From: Gemmatimonadales bacterium
GTDB lineage: Bacteria; Gemmatimonadota; Gemmatimonadetes; Gemmatimonadales; GWC2-71-9
Assembly (NCBI GenBank): GCA_041577295.1
Contig: JBFGJG010000001.1
Span: 224,001 to 288,000, forward strand
Length of the DNA: 64,000 nucleotides
Direction: 5' to 3'
Part shown: piece after piece, positions 48,101 to 57,147 of the stretch
Layout of the letters: each line of letters opens with the position of its first letter
How positions within the stretch are numbered: position 1 is the stretch's first letter
The notes under the pieces: model-generated
Database searches by the model: none
Told to the model about the DNA's origin: nothing
Seen by the model: the letters and a program-made list of their open reading frames with translations, nothing else
Made by a program: the position numbers and the translations under genes

Positions 48101-48891
48101 CGCCCACCCCCCTCAACACCTTTCCCCTCGACGATGTAGCCTTCGAGATCTCGGCCGACGGCCGAAAGCACTTCAGCCCGAGCATCGCGCACAAAAAAGT
48201 GGCCGCCCGAAAACATCCGTATGCACATCCCGGATGCGGCGAGATCCGCCCACGGAGCCAGTTCCTCACTCGTGACGAGATGATCCTCATGCCCGCCAAA
48301 GACGGAGAGCGGACACCGGAGCTGGCTGCCCGGCGAAAACTCATAGGTCTCAAAAACCTGAAAGTCTGCCCGCAACGTTGGCAGGATCAGCTCTACCAGC
48401 TCCCGATTGGACAGCACGTCCTGCGGAATGGTGTCGAGCTGCTCGAGACCGGCAACGAACTCAGCACTGGGGAGGTTGTGGAGCGGCCGTCGCTGTGGAG
48501 GCCGGTGCGGTGCCCGCGCTCCCGACGCGAACAGGTGCACGGGGCCGACTCGCCCGAGCCGGTCGAGCGCTCGTGCCAACTCGAACGCCACCGTACCGCC
48601 GAGGCTGTGACCGAAAATGGCAAACGGCAGATCCATGAACGGCGAGAGCGCTTCGACGAGCGCATCCACCAACGTCGCCATATCCGTGAACGGCGATTCA
48701 GACCAACGGGTCTCCCGACCGGGCAGCTGCACCGGGCACACGTCGATCGCAGGATCCAGCACACCGTCCCAGCCTCGAAACGTGGACGCCGCCCCTCCCG
48801 CATACGGCAGGCAAAAGAGGCGAAGCCGAGCGTCAGGACGCGGGGGGTCGAACGGCAGCCAGGGGCTGGCCGGCGTCGTACCGACTCTCAC
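48097..48891 (-). CDS. Type II thioesterase
   Basis: LFCLPYAGG, QLPGRE, GHSLG, RADF and GGHFF motifs. Confidence 0.92.
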   Translation of the reverse strand: MRVGTTPASPWLPFDPPRPDARLRLFCLPYAGGAASTFRGWDGVLDPAIDVCPVQLPGRETRWSESPFTDMATLVDALVEALSPFMDLPFAIFGHSLGGTVAFELARALDRLGRVGPVHLFASGARAPHRPPQRRPLHNLPSAEFVAGLEQLDTIPQDVLSNRELVELILPTLRADFQVFETYEFSPGSQLRCPLSVFGGHEDHLVTSEELAPWADLAASGMCIRMFSGGHFFVRDARAEVLSAVGRDLEGYIVEGKGVEGGGR

Positions 48892-48995
48892 TGAATAACA
48901 GGCCCTATTCCAGGGGCCGCATGTCCCGTTTTTTGGGTTGCCATCCCAGTCCGCGCGGTCGAGTTGTCGTGACGGCGATTACTAGCGGAGGGGCT

Positions 48996-49011
48996 TGCAA
49001 GCTTAACGCCA
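48996..49011 (-). promoter_or_regulatory. sigma54 (-24/-12) promoter of the NRPS operon
   Basis: TGGCGTTAAGCTTGCA on the minus strand with exact GG-N10-GC spacing, about 105 nt upstream of the TE start. Confidence 0.65.
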
Positions 49012-49213
49012 CTGACTATGGTGGCAAGCGACGATGGGTCTAGTGGTAAGCCGTTGGTCAGCAATCAGATACGCATAGGACCTCGCTGCGCGAGATCCTT
49101 CTGGCGGTGGTCTTGGTCGGCACCGTTGCATCCCTACCACACCTTAAGGGGAGCTTTCCAGATGACGGCCCGTAACCCGCTCGATGGCTTACGCTCCGGG
49201 GCGGTCCTCATGC

Positions 49214-49240
49214 AAAAGGGCGGCCCCGATGGACCGCCCT
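49214..49240 (-). terminator. Intrinsic terminator after the M16 peptidase, insulating the NRPS operon
   Basis: AGGGCGGTCC-ATCG-GGGCCGCCCT followed by TTTG on the minus strand. Confidence 0.7.
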
Positions 49241-49272
49241 CTCAAGCCGAGTTGCCCCAACTCAGGGCCCCC

Positions 49273-52047
49273 CTACGGGGTCCCGGCGATTTGCTGCTTC
49301 ACCTTTCCATCCGCGTCGATTTCGTAAATCGGTCCGAGGCCGAGTTCACGGATCCCAGGCTCGATTTTCTCGCGGTCTCCAACAACGACCCACACGAGGC
49401 GATCCGGCCGTACTACTTTCGCCGCATCCCGAACCTGGCTGAGGTTGAGCCCGCGGACCTGTGCGGGGTACGTCTCGAAGTAGCGGTCATCCAACCCAAA
49501 CCGGACGATATCCCCGATCGACGACGCCACAGCGTTTGCTGTTTCCCACTGCCCCGGGAGGGTCAATGTCTGCGAGTTCTTTGCGAACTCCAGCTCCTCG
49601 GCGGTTGGCGGTTTCTCGCCCAAGATCGCCTGTAGCTCTTTGGAAACTTCGAGGATCGATTCCTTCGTCTTGTCCGCTTGCACCGGCGCATACACGATGA
49701 ATGGGCGCTGGCCACGGGCATCCCAGATGAGACTAAGCGCTCCGTACGACCAGTGTTTGTCCTCGCGCAGATTCATGTTGATGCGAGCGGAGAAATCCCC
49801 ACCGAGAACGCGGTTCATCGTCTCGATCGCGATCTCGTCCGGGTTGGCTTTGGGCGGGGCGACATGGCCGGCAAAGATCACCGACTGGATTGCCTGCGGC
49901 CGGTCGAGGAGATAGACGGCCGAACGCTCTTTGTGGTCCACCTTCGCGAGATTCTTCTGCGGCGTATCACCTGCGCGCCAACTCCGGAACAACCGCTCTA
50001 ACTTAGGCTGGAGCTCGCCCATGGTCGTTGCCCCGACCACCACGAGCGTCGCGTTGTTTGGCTTGAACCAGGTGCCGTGGAATTTCGCGAGGTCTTCACG
50101 ACTGAGCGCCGTAACGGACTCGGCGGTTCCCGATCCCGTCATGGGCGTGCCATACGCGTGGTCCTGACCGTACAGCAGCTGGGGGAAGACGCGTAGGGCC
50201 ATGGCGACCGGCTGCACTTTCTCCTGCTGAATACGCGCTAACTGTTGCCGCTTCAGTCGCTCGAAGTCCGCTTGGGGGAAGGCGGGATTCAGCACCACGT
50301 CGGCGAACAAGTCGAGGGAGGCGTCCAAGTTTTCCTTGAGCGCCGACATGAAAACCGTGGACATGTCGAGATCCGAGCCAGCGCCGAGAGTCGCACCGAG
50401 TGACGCCAGCTCATCACTGATCTGGAGCGCGTTTCGCCGCTTGGTCCCTTCATCGAGCATCGTCATCGCCAGACTCGCCGTGCCCGGCTGACCGAACTGG
50501 TCTGCCGCGTATCCCGCGTCGATCATGAGTCGGAGGTTCACCACGGGAACGGCGTGCCGCTCGGCCAGGATCACCTCGAGCCCGTTGGATAACCGCGCGC
50601 GCTGGAGGTCGGGGAACGAAGCCCTCGGTGGGTCACCAGGCGTTGGCAGCACCGACCGGTCGACGTCGGTAGCAACCGTACGGAACTCTGGATACGGGTG
50701 GACCTCGGCGATGTACGCCCCGCTCGAGAGCCACTCCTGTGCCGCGCGCTGCAGGTCCTGACTCGTGGCATCGGCTACTCGTCGGAGGGTCACCTTGTAG
50801 AAGTCAGGACTCCCGCCGTACACCTCGTTCTGCGCGAGCACGTCTGACTTGCCGCCAAACCCACCGATCCGCTCCACACCACGAATGAACCGCGAGCGGA
50901 ACTGGGTCTTGGCACGCTCGAGCTCCTCGACCGTCGGGCCCTCCACGAGGAAACGATCCAACTCTTCGTCCAATGCACGTTCCACTTCCTCGAGGTCGGC
51001 ACCGGGCCGCGCGGTCGCGCGGATGTGGAACTGACTCCCGATTTCCCGCAGGTCGACGAATGCAGAGATATCGGTCGCGATCTGATCGTCATAGACCAGT
51101 CGCTTATAGAGCCGGGAGGTCTTGCCCTGCGCGAGGACGTCGCTGACCAGGTCGAGGTGTCGTGCCGTCTCCGAGCGCCACTCAGGGATGTTCCACACCT
51201 TGTAGATGCGAGCCTGCGGAACGCGATCCGTCATCACCTGACGATGCGTCTCGCTGCGTTTCGCGACCCAGACATCTTGGCGGCTGACCGGCGGCCCCGC
51301 TGGAATGCTCCCGAAGTACCGCTCGACCTTGGCCTTCGCGGTCTGAGGATCGATGTTACCGGCAATCACGATCACGGCGTTCGCCGCGCCGTAATAGTCG
51401 CGGAACCACTGGTGCACGTCCTCCAGCGCCGCCGCATCGAGATCTTCCATGGATCCGATCACGCTCCAGGAATACGGATGACCGGCCGGATAGGTGTTCT
51501 GCGGGAGGGTGGTCCAGAACGCAGAGTACGGCTGATTCTCACCCTGCCGCTTTTCGTTCTGCACCACACCGCGCTGCTCGTCGAGCCTCGCTTGATCGAT
51601 CGCGCCGAGGAGATGACCCATACGATCCGACTCCATCCACAGCACGACATCGAGCGCGGGCGTTGGAACGTTCTGGAAGTAATTGGTGCGATCCTCATTG
51701 GTGGTCCCGTTGAGGTCAGTGGCACCCAGTGGCTCGAGCACTTTGAAGTAATCGTCGTTGTAGTGCTCGCTTCCGTTGAACATCAAGTGCTCGAAGAGAT
51801 GCGCAAACCCCGTGCGTCCAAGCTTTTCGTTCTTCGATCCCACATGGTACCACACGTTCACCGCAACGATGGGGGCCTTGTGGTCCTCGTGGACGATGAG
51901 CGTGAGCCCGTTGTCCAGGACGAACTTCTCGTACTGGATCTCTACGGGATCCGCCGCCTGGCCGTTGACCGCGCCAGGCGCGACGAGAACCCCACCCACC
52001 AACAGTGCAAGCGTGGCGAGTGAGGTCGAGAGACGTGGTAGCTTCAT
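49273..52047 (-). CDS. Exported pitrilysin-like M16 zinc protease
   Basis: Signal peptide, HLFEH, tandem M16 halves and NLREDKHWSYG. Confidence 0.92.
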   Translation of the reverse strand: MKLPRLSTSLATLALLVGGVLVAPGAVNGQAADPVEIQYEKFVLDNGLTLIVHEDHKAPIVAVNVWYHVGSKNEKLGRTGFAHLFEHLMFNGSEHYNDDYFKVLEPLGATDLNGTTNEDRTNYFQNVPTPALDVVLWMESDRMGHLLGAIDQARLDEQRGVVQNEKRQGENQPYSAFWTTLPQNTYPAGHPYSWSVIGSMEDLDAAALEDVHQWFRDYYGAANAVIVIAGNIDPQTAKAKVERYFGSIPAGPPVSRQDVWVAKRSETHRQVMTDRVPQARIYKVWNIPEWRSETARHLDLVSDVLAQGKTSRLYKRLVYDDQIATDISAFVDLREIGSQFHIRATARPGADLEEVERALDEELDRFLVEGPTVEELERAKTQFRSRFIRGVERIGGFGGKSDVLAQNEVYGGSPDFYKVTLRRVADATSQDLQRAAQEWLSSGAYIAEVHPYPEFRTVATDVDRSVLPTPGDPPRASFPDLQRARLSNGLEVILAERHAVPVVNLRLMIDAGYAADQFGQPGTASLAMTMLDEGTKRRNALQISDELASLGATLGAGSDLDMSTVFMSALKENLDASLDLFADVVLNPAFPQADFERLKRQQLARIQQEKVQPVAMALRVFPQLLYGQDHAYGTPMTGSGTAESVTALSREDLAKFHGTWFKPNNATLVVVGATTMGELQPKLERLFRSWRAGDTPQKNLAKVDHKERSAVYLLDRPQAIQSVIFAGHVAPPKANPDEIAIETMNRVLGGDFSARINMNLREDKHWSYGALSLIWDARGQRPFIVYAPVQADKTKESILEVSKELQAILGEKPPTAEELEFAKNSQTLTLPGQWETANAVASSIGDIVRFGLDDRYFETYPAQVRGLNLSQVRDAAKVVRPDRLVWVVVGDREKIEPGIRELGLGPIYEIDADGKVKQQIAGTP

Positions 52048-52214
52048 GAATGGGTCTCCTGGCTACTGATTTTGAAGTGCCGAGTCACTCAGGGGGCTCG
52101 GTCAGCCGTTTACCGTCGACGAGATCAGCATGGAGGGTAAGCGCGCGGACAGCATCGGCCAACCCCTAGGTTCTACGCGCCAAACCTGGCAGATGTTTCG
52201 ACAGGTTTGGCGAT

Positions 52215-52230
52215 CGTGACGTACTTCACG
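52215..52230. promoter_or_regulatory. CRP/FNR-family operator candidate
   Basis: CGTGA-N6-TCACG palindrome; TACGGT at 52253-52258 fits class II geometry for the plus-strand gene. Confidence 0.45.
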
Positions 52231-52285
52231 GATAAGACGCCAGTGAGCAGCCTACGGTAGTCTGAGGTTCACTCTGCTGGAGGGG

Positions 52286-52627
52286 TTGTTGAGGCTTCGA
52301 GTTGCAACGCTAATCACTATCGGGGCAGCGATGGCGTGGCCCGCCGCCGCGCTGGGCCAGGCAACGCCACGTGGTTACGCGGTCTCGTCCGACCACGCGA
52401 TCGTCGTTGCCAAGCACGCGCTCGTCAAACATGGCTTCACCGTGATCCGGATTGAAAAGGATGGCGCCACCACGGTGTTGTTCTATCGTCCTGCGCACGA
52501 AAGCCGTGCAGAGGGATACGGTCCTCCACGTCGGCTCGTGATCCGGCGGGTTGGTGCCTACCTCGTCTTCGACCAAACGCCCCCAGAGGTCCTCATCGAG
52601 ATCGACCTCCGGCTCAACTTCCCCTGA
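52286..52627 (+). CDS. Small exported hypothetical protein
   Basis: GGAGG before a TTG start; signal-peptide-like N-terminus (AAALG|Q). Confidence 0.6.
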   Translation: MLRLRVATLITIGAAMAWPAAALGQATPRGYAVSSDHAIVVAKHALVKHGFTVIRIEKDGATTVLFYRPAHESRAEGYGPPRRLVIRRVGAYLVFDQTPPEVLIEIDLRLNFP

Positions 52628-52766
52628 CGACGGCGCCTAGCACCGGGTAGCCTAAGCGTCACACCGGCGGGACCCCTCGCCGCTTCCGCGTGGGTCTTAC
52701 GTCGTGTACTCCCCCGCCCCATGTTTGCGTCGACGACGCAGTTCCGTCCTCTCATGGAGTATCACG

Positions 52767-54287
52767 ATGACTGCATACCCACGACGCGATTTTATGAAGG
52801 TTGCCGGTCTCGGCCTTGGCGGGGCGCTCATAGTCGGACCACGCGCGGCATGGCCCGATGAGCGAGCTATGGCCCGAGCGGAGGTGGGCGCCGACAGCTT
52901 CGTCCTGCTCCGCCGTGAGCAACAGCGCCGGCGAGGGCAGCTCCCAACGTCCGCCACTGCGCATCGCTTGCCACTCTCCTGGTACAAGGCGAAAGCGCGG
53001 GCATTGAAGCAGGACGCCCGTGCACGTGGGGTCGATGGTGGGATCTTGTTGACCAACCGGTGGAACATCATCTACGCGACCGGTCTCTTTCATTCGACCA
53101 CCGAGCGACCGTTCGCGGCCTTTCTACCGATGGATCGAGACGACGGGTTGATCTGGCTCCACCCGTACCTCGACCACGAGCTCGTCCGTTCGTGGTGGGC
53201 AACCGACAGCTACGGCTACTTCGACTATCACCATGCTGCGGGTGCCTTTCCCAACGAGGGACAGGTTACACAGGGCCCAACGGTGAATCTCTACCGCTGG
53301 TGGGGGGAGACGCTCGGCCGGCTTGGCTACGACGGAAAGACGATTGGAATCGACAACGGTGCCGCGGCGGAGATCGGTCTTCTGCCTGGTCAAGATAGTC
53401 ACGAGCGCCTCGACACTTTTGGACCGTTCGACGTACCGAAAAAGGATCGCCCCTCCGGCGGAAAGTTTGGAACGCTCGCTTCGGCCATGCCGCGCTCACA
53501 GTTCGTCGACGTCTATGACATCCTCATGCGCCACCGGATGGTCAAGGACGACGCTGAGAACGCGCTCACCCAGCGGGCAATGGACTACTGGTCGGAGGTG
53601 CATGCGTTCGTCCGTAATTACATGCTCGAGCGCGGCCACGGGACCCTGGATGCGGAAATCGAGAACGCCGCCCAGCTGTGGGGCATGCACCGTATCATGC
53701 AGGACATCCCTCAGGCGGGTGAGCCGCATAATGCCGTCGGGATCCAAGTGGGAATCGGCTGCCGCACGGGCAAGAAGACCGCCTACCCTCACCCCAACCA
53801 AGTGTCCTGGGCTCGCATCGAGCGCGGACACGCCCTGCAATTCGCGGGAGTCGTCCGGATCGGTGGATATGGAGGCGAGCAATACCGATCATTCTTGATC
53901 GCACCCTGGACTGACTGGCAGGAACGGGTCTGGGACGTTCATACGCGCACATACTTCATGCAAGCCGAGCTTTCGAAGGCGGGCGCCACGTGCTCCAGCG
54001 TGGCGAAGGCGGTGCACGACTATCAAGTGGCCAACAACTGTGGACAGCTCGTATACCATCGTCCCGGACACGGAGAAGGTATGGAAGGGCACCAGCCACC
54101 GTATCATGCGCTTGGCGACTACACGGTCATGCAACCGGGCATGCACTTCTCCAACGAACCGGGATTGTACGATCCCGAGAACGGATTCGGCTTCAATCAC
54201 TCCAACAACATCTTGGTAGGTCGCGATCGCGGGCTCCAGATGGGGACCGCACCTTGTGACAAGGAGTGGTGTCTGTTGACGCTGTGA
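52767..54287 (+). CDS. Tat-exported M24 (pita-bread fold) hydrolase, creatinase-like
   Basis: PRRDFMK Tat motif, HRPGHGEG and NEPGLY; GGAG SD before ATG 52767. Confidence 0.8.
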   Translation: MTAYPRRDFMKVAGLGLGGALIVGPRAAWPDERAMARAEVGADSFVLLRREQQRRRGQLPTSATAHRLPLSWYKAKARALKQDARARGVDGGILLTNRWNIIYATGLFHSTTERPFAAFLPMDRDDGLIWLHPYLDHELVRSWWATDSYGYFDYHHAAGAFPNEGQVTQGPTVNLYRWWGETLGRLGYDGKTIGIDNGAAAEIGLLPGQDSHERLDTFGPFDVPKKDRPSGGKFGTLASAMPRSQFVDVYDILMRHRMVKDDAENALTQRAMDYWSEVHAFVRNYMLERGHGTLDAEIENAAQLWGMHRIMQDIPQAGEPHNAVGIQVGIGCRTGKKTAYPHPNQVSWARIERGHALQFAGVVRIGGYGGEQYRSFLIAPWTDWQERVWDVHTRTYFMQAELSKAGATCSSVAKAVHDYQVANNCGQLVYHRPGHGEGMEGHQPPYHALGDYTVMQPGMHFSNEPGLYDPENGFGFNHSNNILVGRDRGLQMGTAPCDKEWCLLTL

Positions 54288-54288
54288 A

Positions 54289-54332
54289 GTGGGGAGTTGG
54301 GAGTGGAGTCGGCCACCCCACTCCCTGCTCAC
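54289..54332. terminator. Purine/pyrimidine hairpin between convergent genes
   Basis: gggagtgg (54299-306) pairs with ccactccc (54318-25), with extendable arms. Confidence 0.45.
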
Positions 54333-54343
54333 GGCTCACTGCA

Positions 54344-56032
54344 TTACTGCCATCCAGTCCAACCAGGCCCCCGCACTACGCGTCCGGCTGCCACGCCCGT
54401 TGGCTCTCCGTCACGCAAAACCTGCTGTCCGTTGACGAACACGTGCATGACGCCCGTGGCGTACTGATGTGGTTGCTCGAACGTCGCGTGGTCTTGCACC
54501 GATTCGGGATCGAAGATCACGACGTCGGCGAAGTGGCCTGGCACGAGGGAGCCCCGGCGTCGAATGCGGAGATTCTCAGCCGGTAAGCTCGTCAGCCGGC
54601 GGATGGCCTCCTCGAGTGGGATGACGTCTTCGCCTCGTACGTACTTGCCAAGCAGACGCGCGAAGTTGCCGTACGCTCTGGGGTGAGGGTTCGATTTGAG
54701 GAAGACACCTTCGGCGGAGGGCGCGCCACCATCCGATCCAAAGCTGACCCATGGAAGACCGATCTGGCGCTCGACGTTCTCTTCGGCCATCAGGAAGTAG
54801 ACAGTACCAACCCGACTGTCGTCCTCGATCACCAGGTCCATCGCCGTCTCCTCGGGCGACTTGCCGCGCATCTTTGCCACTTCGGCTAGCGTCTTTCCTG
54901 TGAGCGGCTTGAGCTCGTCATTCTTGAACCCGACGAGCAACGTCTTATCGGGTCCCGCGGCGAGGAGCAGATTCTCCCACTCGTCTGTCGGCGTGCGCAT
55001 TTCGCGTGCAACGCGCCGCCGGATCGTGGGGTCCTTGAGTCGAGCGACCCACGCTTCATGACCACCTTCCTGCACCTCCGGAGGCATGGCCGCATCGAGA
55101 CCCGTGGCCCCAGCCGTATACGTGTACATATCAGCGGTGATCTCCAGCCCCTCGGCGTGCGCCCGTTCCACTCGCTGAATCACCGCGTCCAGCTTACCCC
55201 AATTCTGCTGCCCCGCCGCTTTCAGATGGTAGATCTCTGCGCGAATGCTGGCGTCTCGCGCAATGGTGATCAACTCGTCGACCGCCTCGAGCAGGCGATT
55301 CCCCTCGCTCCGCATGTGTGAGATGTACATGCCATCGTATTCGGCTGCGGCCCGCGCGAGCGCCGTCAGCTCGGCGGTGGTGGCGTAAAATGCCGGGGCG
55401 TAAATCAGTGAGGACCCCACGCCGAGCGCGCCATCTTCCATCGCCCGTCGGACGATCGCCTGCATGCGCTTGAGTTCGTCGGGGGTCGGAGGCCGGTTCT
55501 CGTACCCGAGCTCGTGAATGCGCACCGTTGTCGCACCCACGAACGACGCGACGTTGGGAGCGATACCACGCGTGACGAGATGATCGAGGTATTCCGCCAG
55601 CGTGGTCCATGCGATCTCATACTTGATGTCTGCCTGCCGCTCACGCAGCTCGACCTTCATGGCATCGTTCAGAGGTCCCATCGACCAGCCCTCACCAAAC
55701 ACCTCGAGCGTCACACCCTGCCGGATATCACTCTGCGCCCGCCCGTCTTCGATTAGCGATTCGGTGGCCCAACTCAGCATGTTGATGAAGCCTGGTGAGA
55801 CCGCGAGCCCCGACGCGTCCACCTCGAGTCGCGCGCGGCCCTCCGCCGTTGGTCCGACATAGACGATGGAGTCGGCACTGATCGCCACGTCACCCACCAT
55901 CGGCGGCCCGCCGGACCCGTCGTAAATCGTTCCTCCGCGAATTACGACGTCGTAGCGCGGTGAACACGCGGCGATCATCAAGGCACTGGCTCCCAAGACA
56001 AACCAACCAGACCCACGGATTGATCTGCTCAT
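54344..56032 (-). CDS. N-acyl-D-amino acid deacylase family amidohydrolase, lipoprotein
   Basis: Lipobox IAAC, SHMRSEG, YHLK, GSDG and HPRAYGNF motifs; start ATG 56032. Confidence 0.85.
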   Translation of the reverse strand: MSRSIRGSGWFVLGASALMIAACSPRYDVVIRGGTIYDGSGGPPMVGDVAISADSIVYVGPTAEGRARLEVDASGLAVSPGFINMLSWATESLIEDGRAQSDIRQGVTLEVFGEGWSMGPLNDAMKVELRERQADIKYEIAWTTLAEYLDHLVTRGIAPNVASFVGATTVRIHELGYENRPPTPDELKRMQAIVRRAMEDGALGVGSSLIYAPAFYATTAELTALARAAAEYDGMYISHMRSEGNRLLEAVDELITIARDASIRAEIYHLKAAGQQNWGKLDAVIQRVERAHAEGLEITADMYTYTAGATGLDAAMPPEVQEGGHEAWVARLKDPTIRRRVAREMRTPTDEWENLLLAAGPDKTLLVGFKNDELKPLTGKTLAEVAKMRGKSPEETAMDLVIEDDSRVGTVYFLMAEENVERQIGLPWVSFGSDGGAPSAEGVFLKSNPHPRAYGNFARLLGKYVRGEDVIPLEEAIRRLTSLPAENLRIRRRGSLVPGHFADVVIFDPESVQDHATFEQPHQYATGVMHVFVNGQQVLRDGEPTGVAAGRVVRGPGWTGWQ

Positions 56033-56216
56033 AGTCTCACATTGCACCTTTCTCATCAGTGGCGCTCCCACGCTCTTCACTGTACGGACTTGTACGGACC
56101 TTCAAGGTACGCCCCGGAAGGACGGCGCGTTAGCCAGCGCAGCGGCCGAACCCAGCCCTGGCCGCCACCGGCTGTCCGCCGTACGCTTGGGTCGGATCTT
56201 CCCAAGGAGCGTCACC

Positions 56217-57122
56217 ATGACGGCCTCCCGAGCTCTGGCGTTCGCCCTAGCTGCAACAGTCATCATCCACTCCTCCGCGCGGGCTCAGGCGCAGGGTCTT
56301 AAACTGTACATCTCCGCGGACATGGAAGGTGTGGTCGGTGTGGTAACCGGTGAGCAGTTGGGACCGAGTGGCTTTGAGTACCAGCGGTTTCGTGAGTTCA
56401 TGACCGGCGAAGTCCTCGCGGCGATCCGGGGCGCGCGGGCCGCTGGTGTTCGCGAGATTCTCGTGAGCGACTCCCATGGAAATGGGCAGAACCTGCTGAT
56501 CGAACGACTCCCACCTGACGTGCAGGTTGTTCGGTCATGGCCACGGCCCCTCATGATGATGGAGGGGATCGACTCGACGTTCGACGCGGCGGTCTTCATC
56601 GGCTATCACTCGGGAACGACCAATCCCGACGGAGTGCGCGCACACACGATATCGAGCGCCCGACTGGCAGACCTCCGACTCAACGGCCGCTCGATGCCCG
56701 AGGCGGGCATCAACGCCGCCATTGCCGGCTCGTTTGGCGTGCCCGTGATCATGGTGACCGGTGATGATGCGGCTGTTGAGGAAGCCCGACGAATCATCGG
56801 CGACATCGAAGCGGTGCCGGTAAAGTGGAGTCGTAGCTTCCACTCCGCCCGAACCCTGACCCCTGACGCCGCTTACACGATGATCGAGACGCGCATCCGC
56901 AATGCCCTGGCGAGGCGGGCCACATTGAAGCCCCTGGTGCTCGAGGCGCCGGTGACCCTGGACATCACCTTCAAGAACTACCGGCCGTCGCAGCTCCTGG
57001 CGTACCTCCCGAACGTGGAGCGCACCGACGCGCATAGCATTCGCTTTGTCGGTCCGGACATGACGACGATCTCGAAGTTCATCGCCTTCGTGACCTCCTA
57101 CGAGCCCGGGTTGGAACCGTAA
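56217..57122 (+). CDS. M55 D-aminopeptidase (DppA-like) with signal peptide
   Basis: SADMEG, DSHG and GYH..HT motifs; AAGGAG SD before ATG 56217. Confidence 0.88.
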   Translation: MTASRALAFALAATVIIHSSARAQAQGLKLYISADMEGVVGVVTGEQLGPSGFEYQRFREFMTGEVLAAIRGARAAGVREILVSDSHGNGQNLLIERLPPDVQVVRSWPRPLMMMEGIDSTFDAAVFIGYHSGTTNPDGVRAHTISSARLADLRLNGRSMPEAGINAAIAGSFGVPVIMVTGDDAAVEEARRIIGDIEAVPVKWSRSFHSARTLTPDAAYTMIETRIRNALARRATLKPLVLEAPVTLDITFKNYRPSQLLAYLPNVERTDAHSIRFVGPDMTTISKFIAFVTSYEPGLEP

Positions 57123-57147
57123 CGCACCGCGACAGGGGTGCGGCCAC

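Noticed and set aside
29200..49270. NRPS cluster as a mobile genomic island
   Set aside because: No integrase, transposase, tRNA or flanking direct repeats seen, and no obvious compositional shift by eye.
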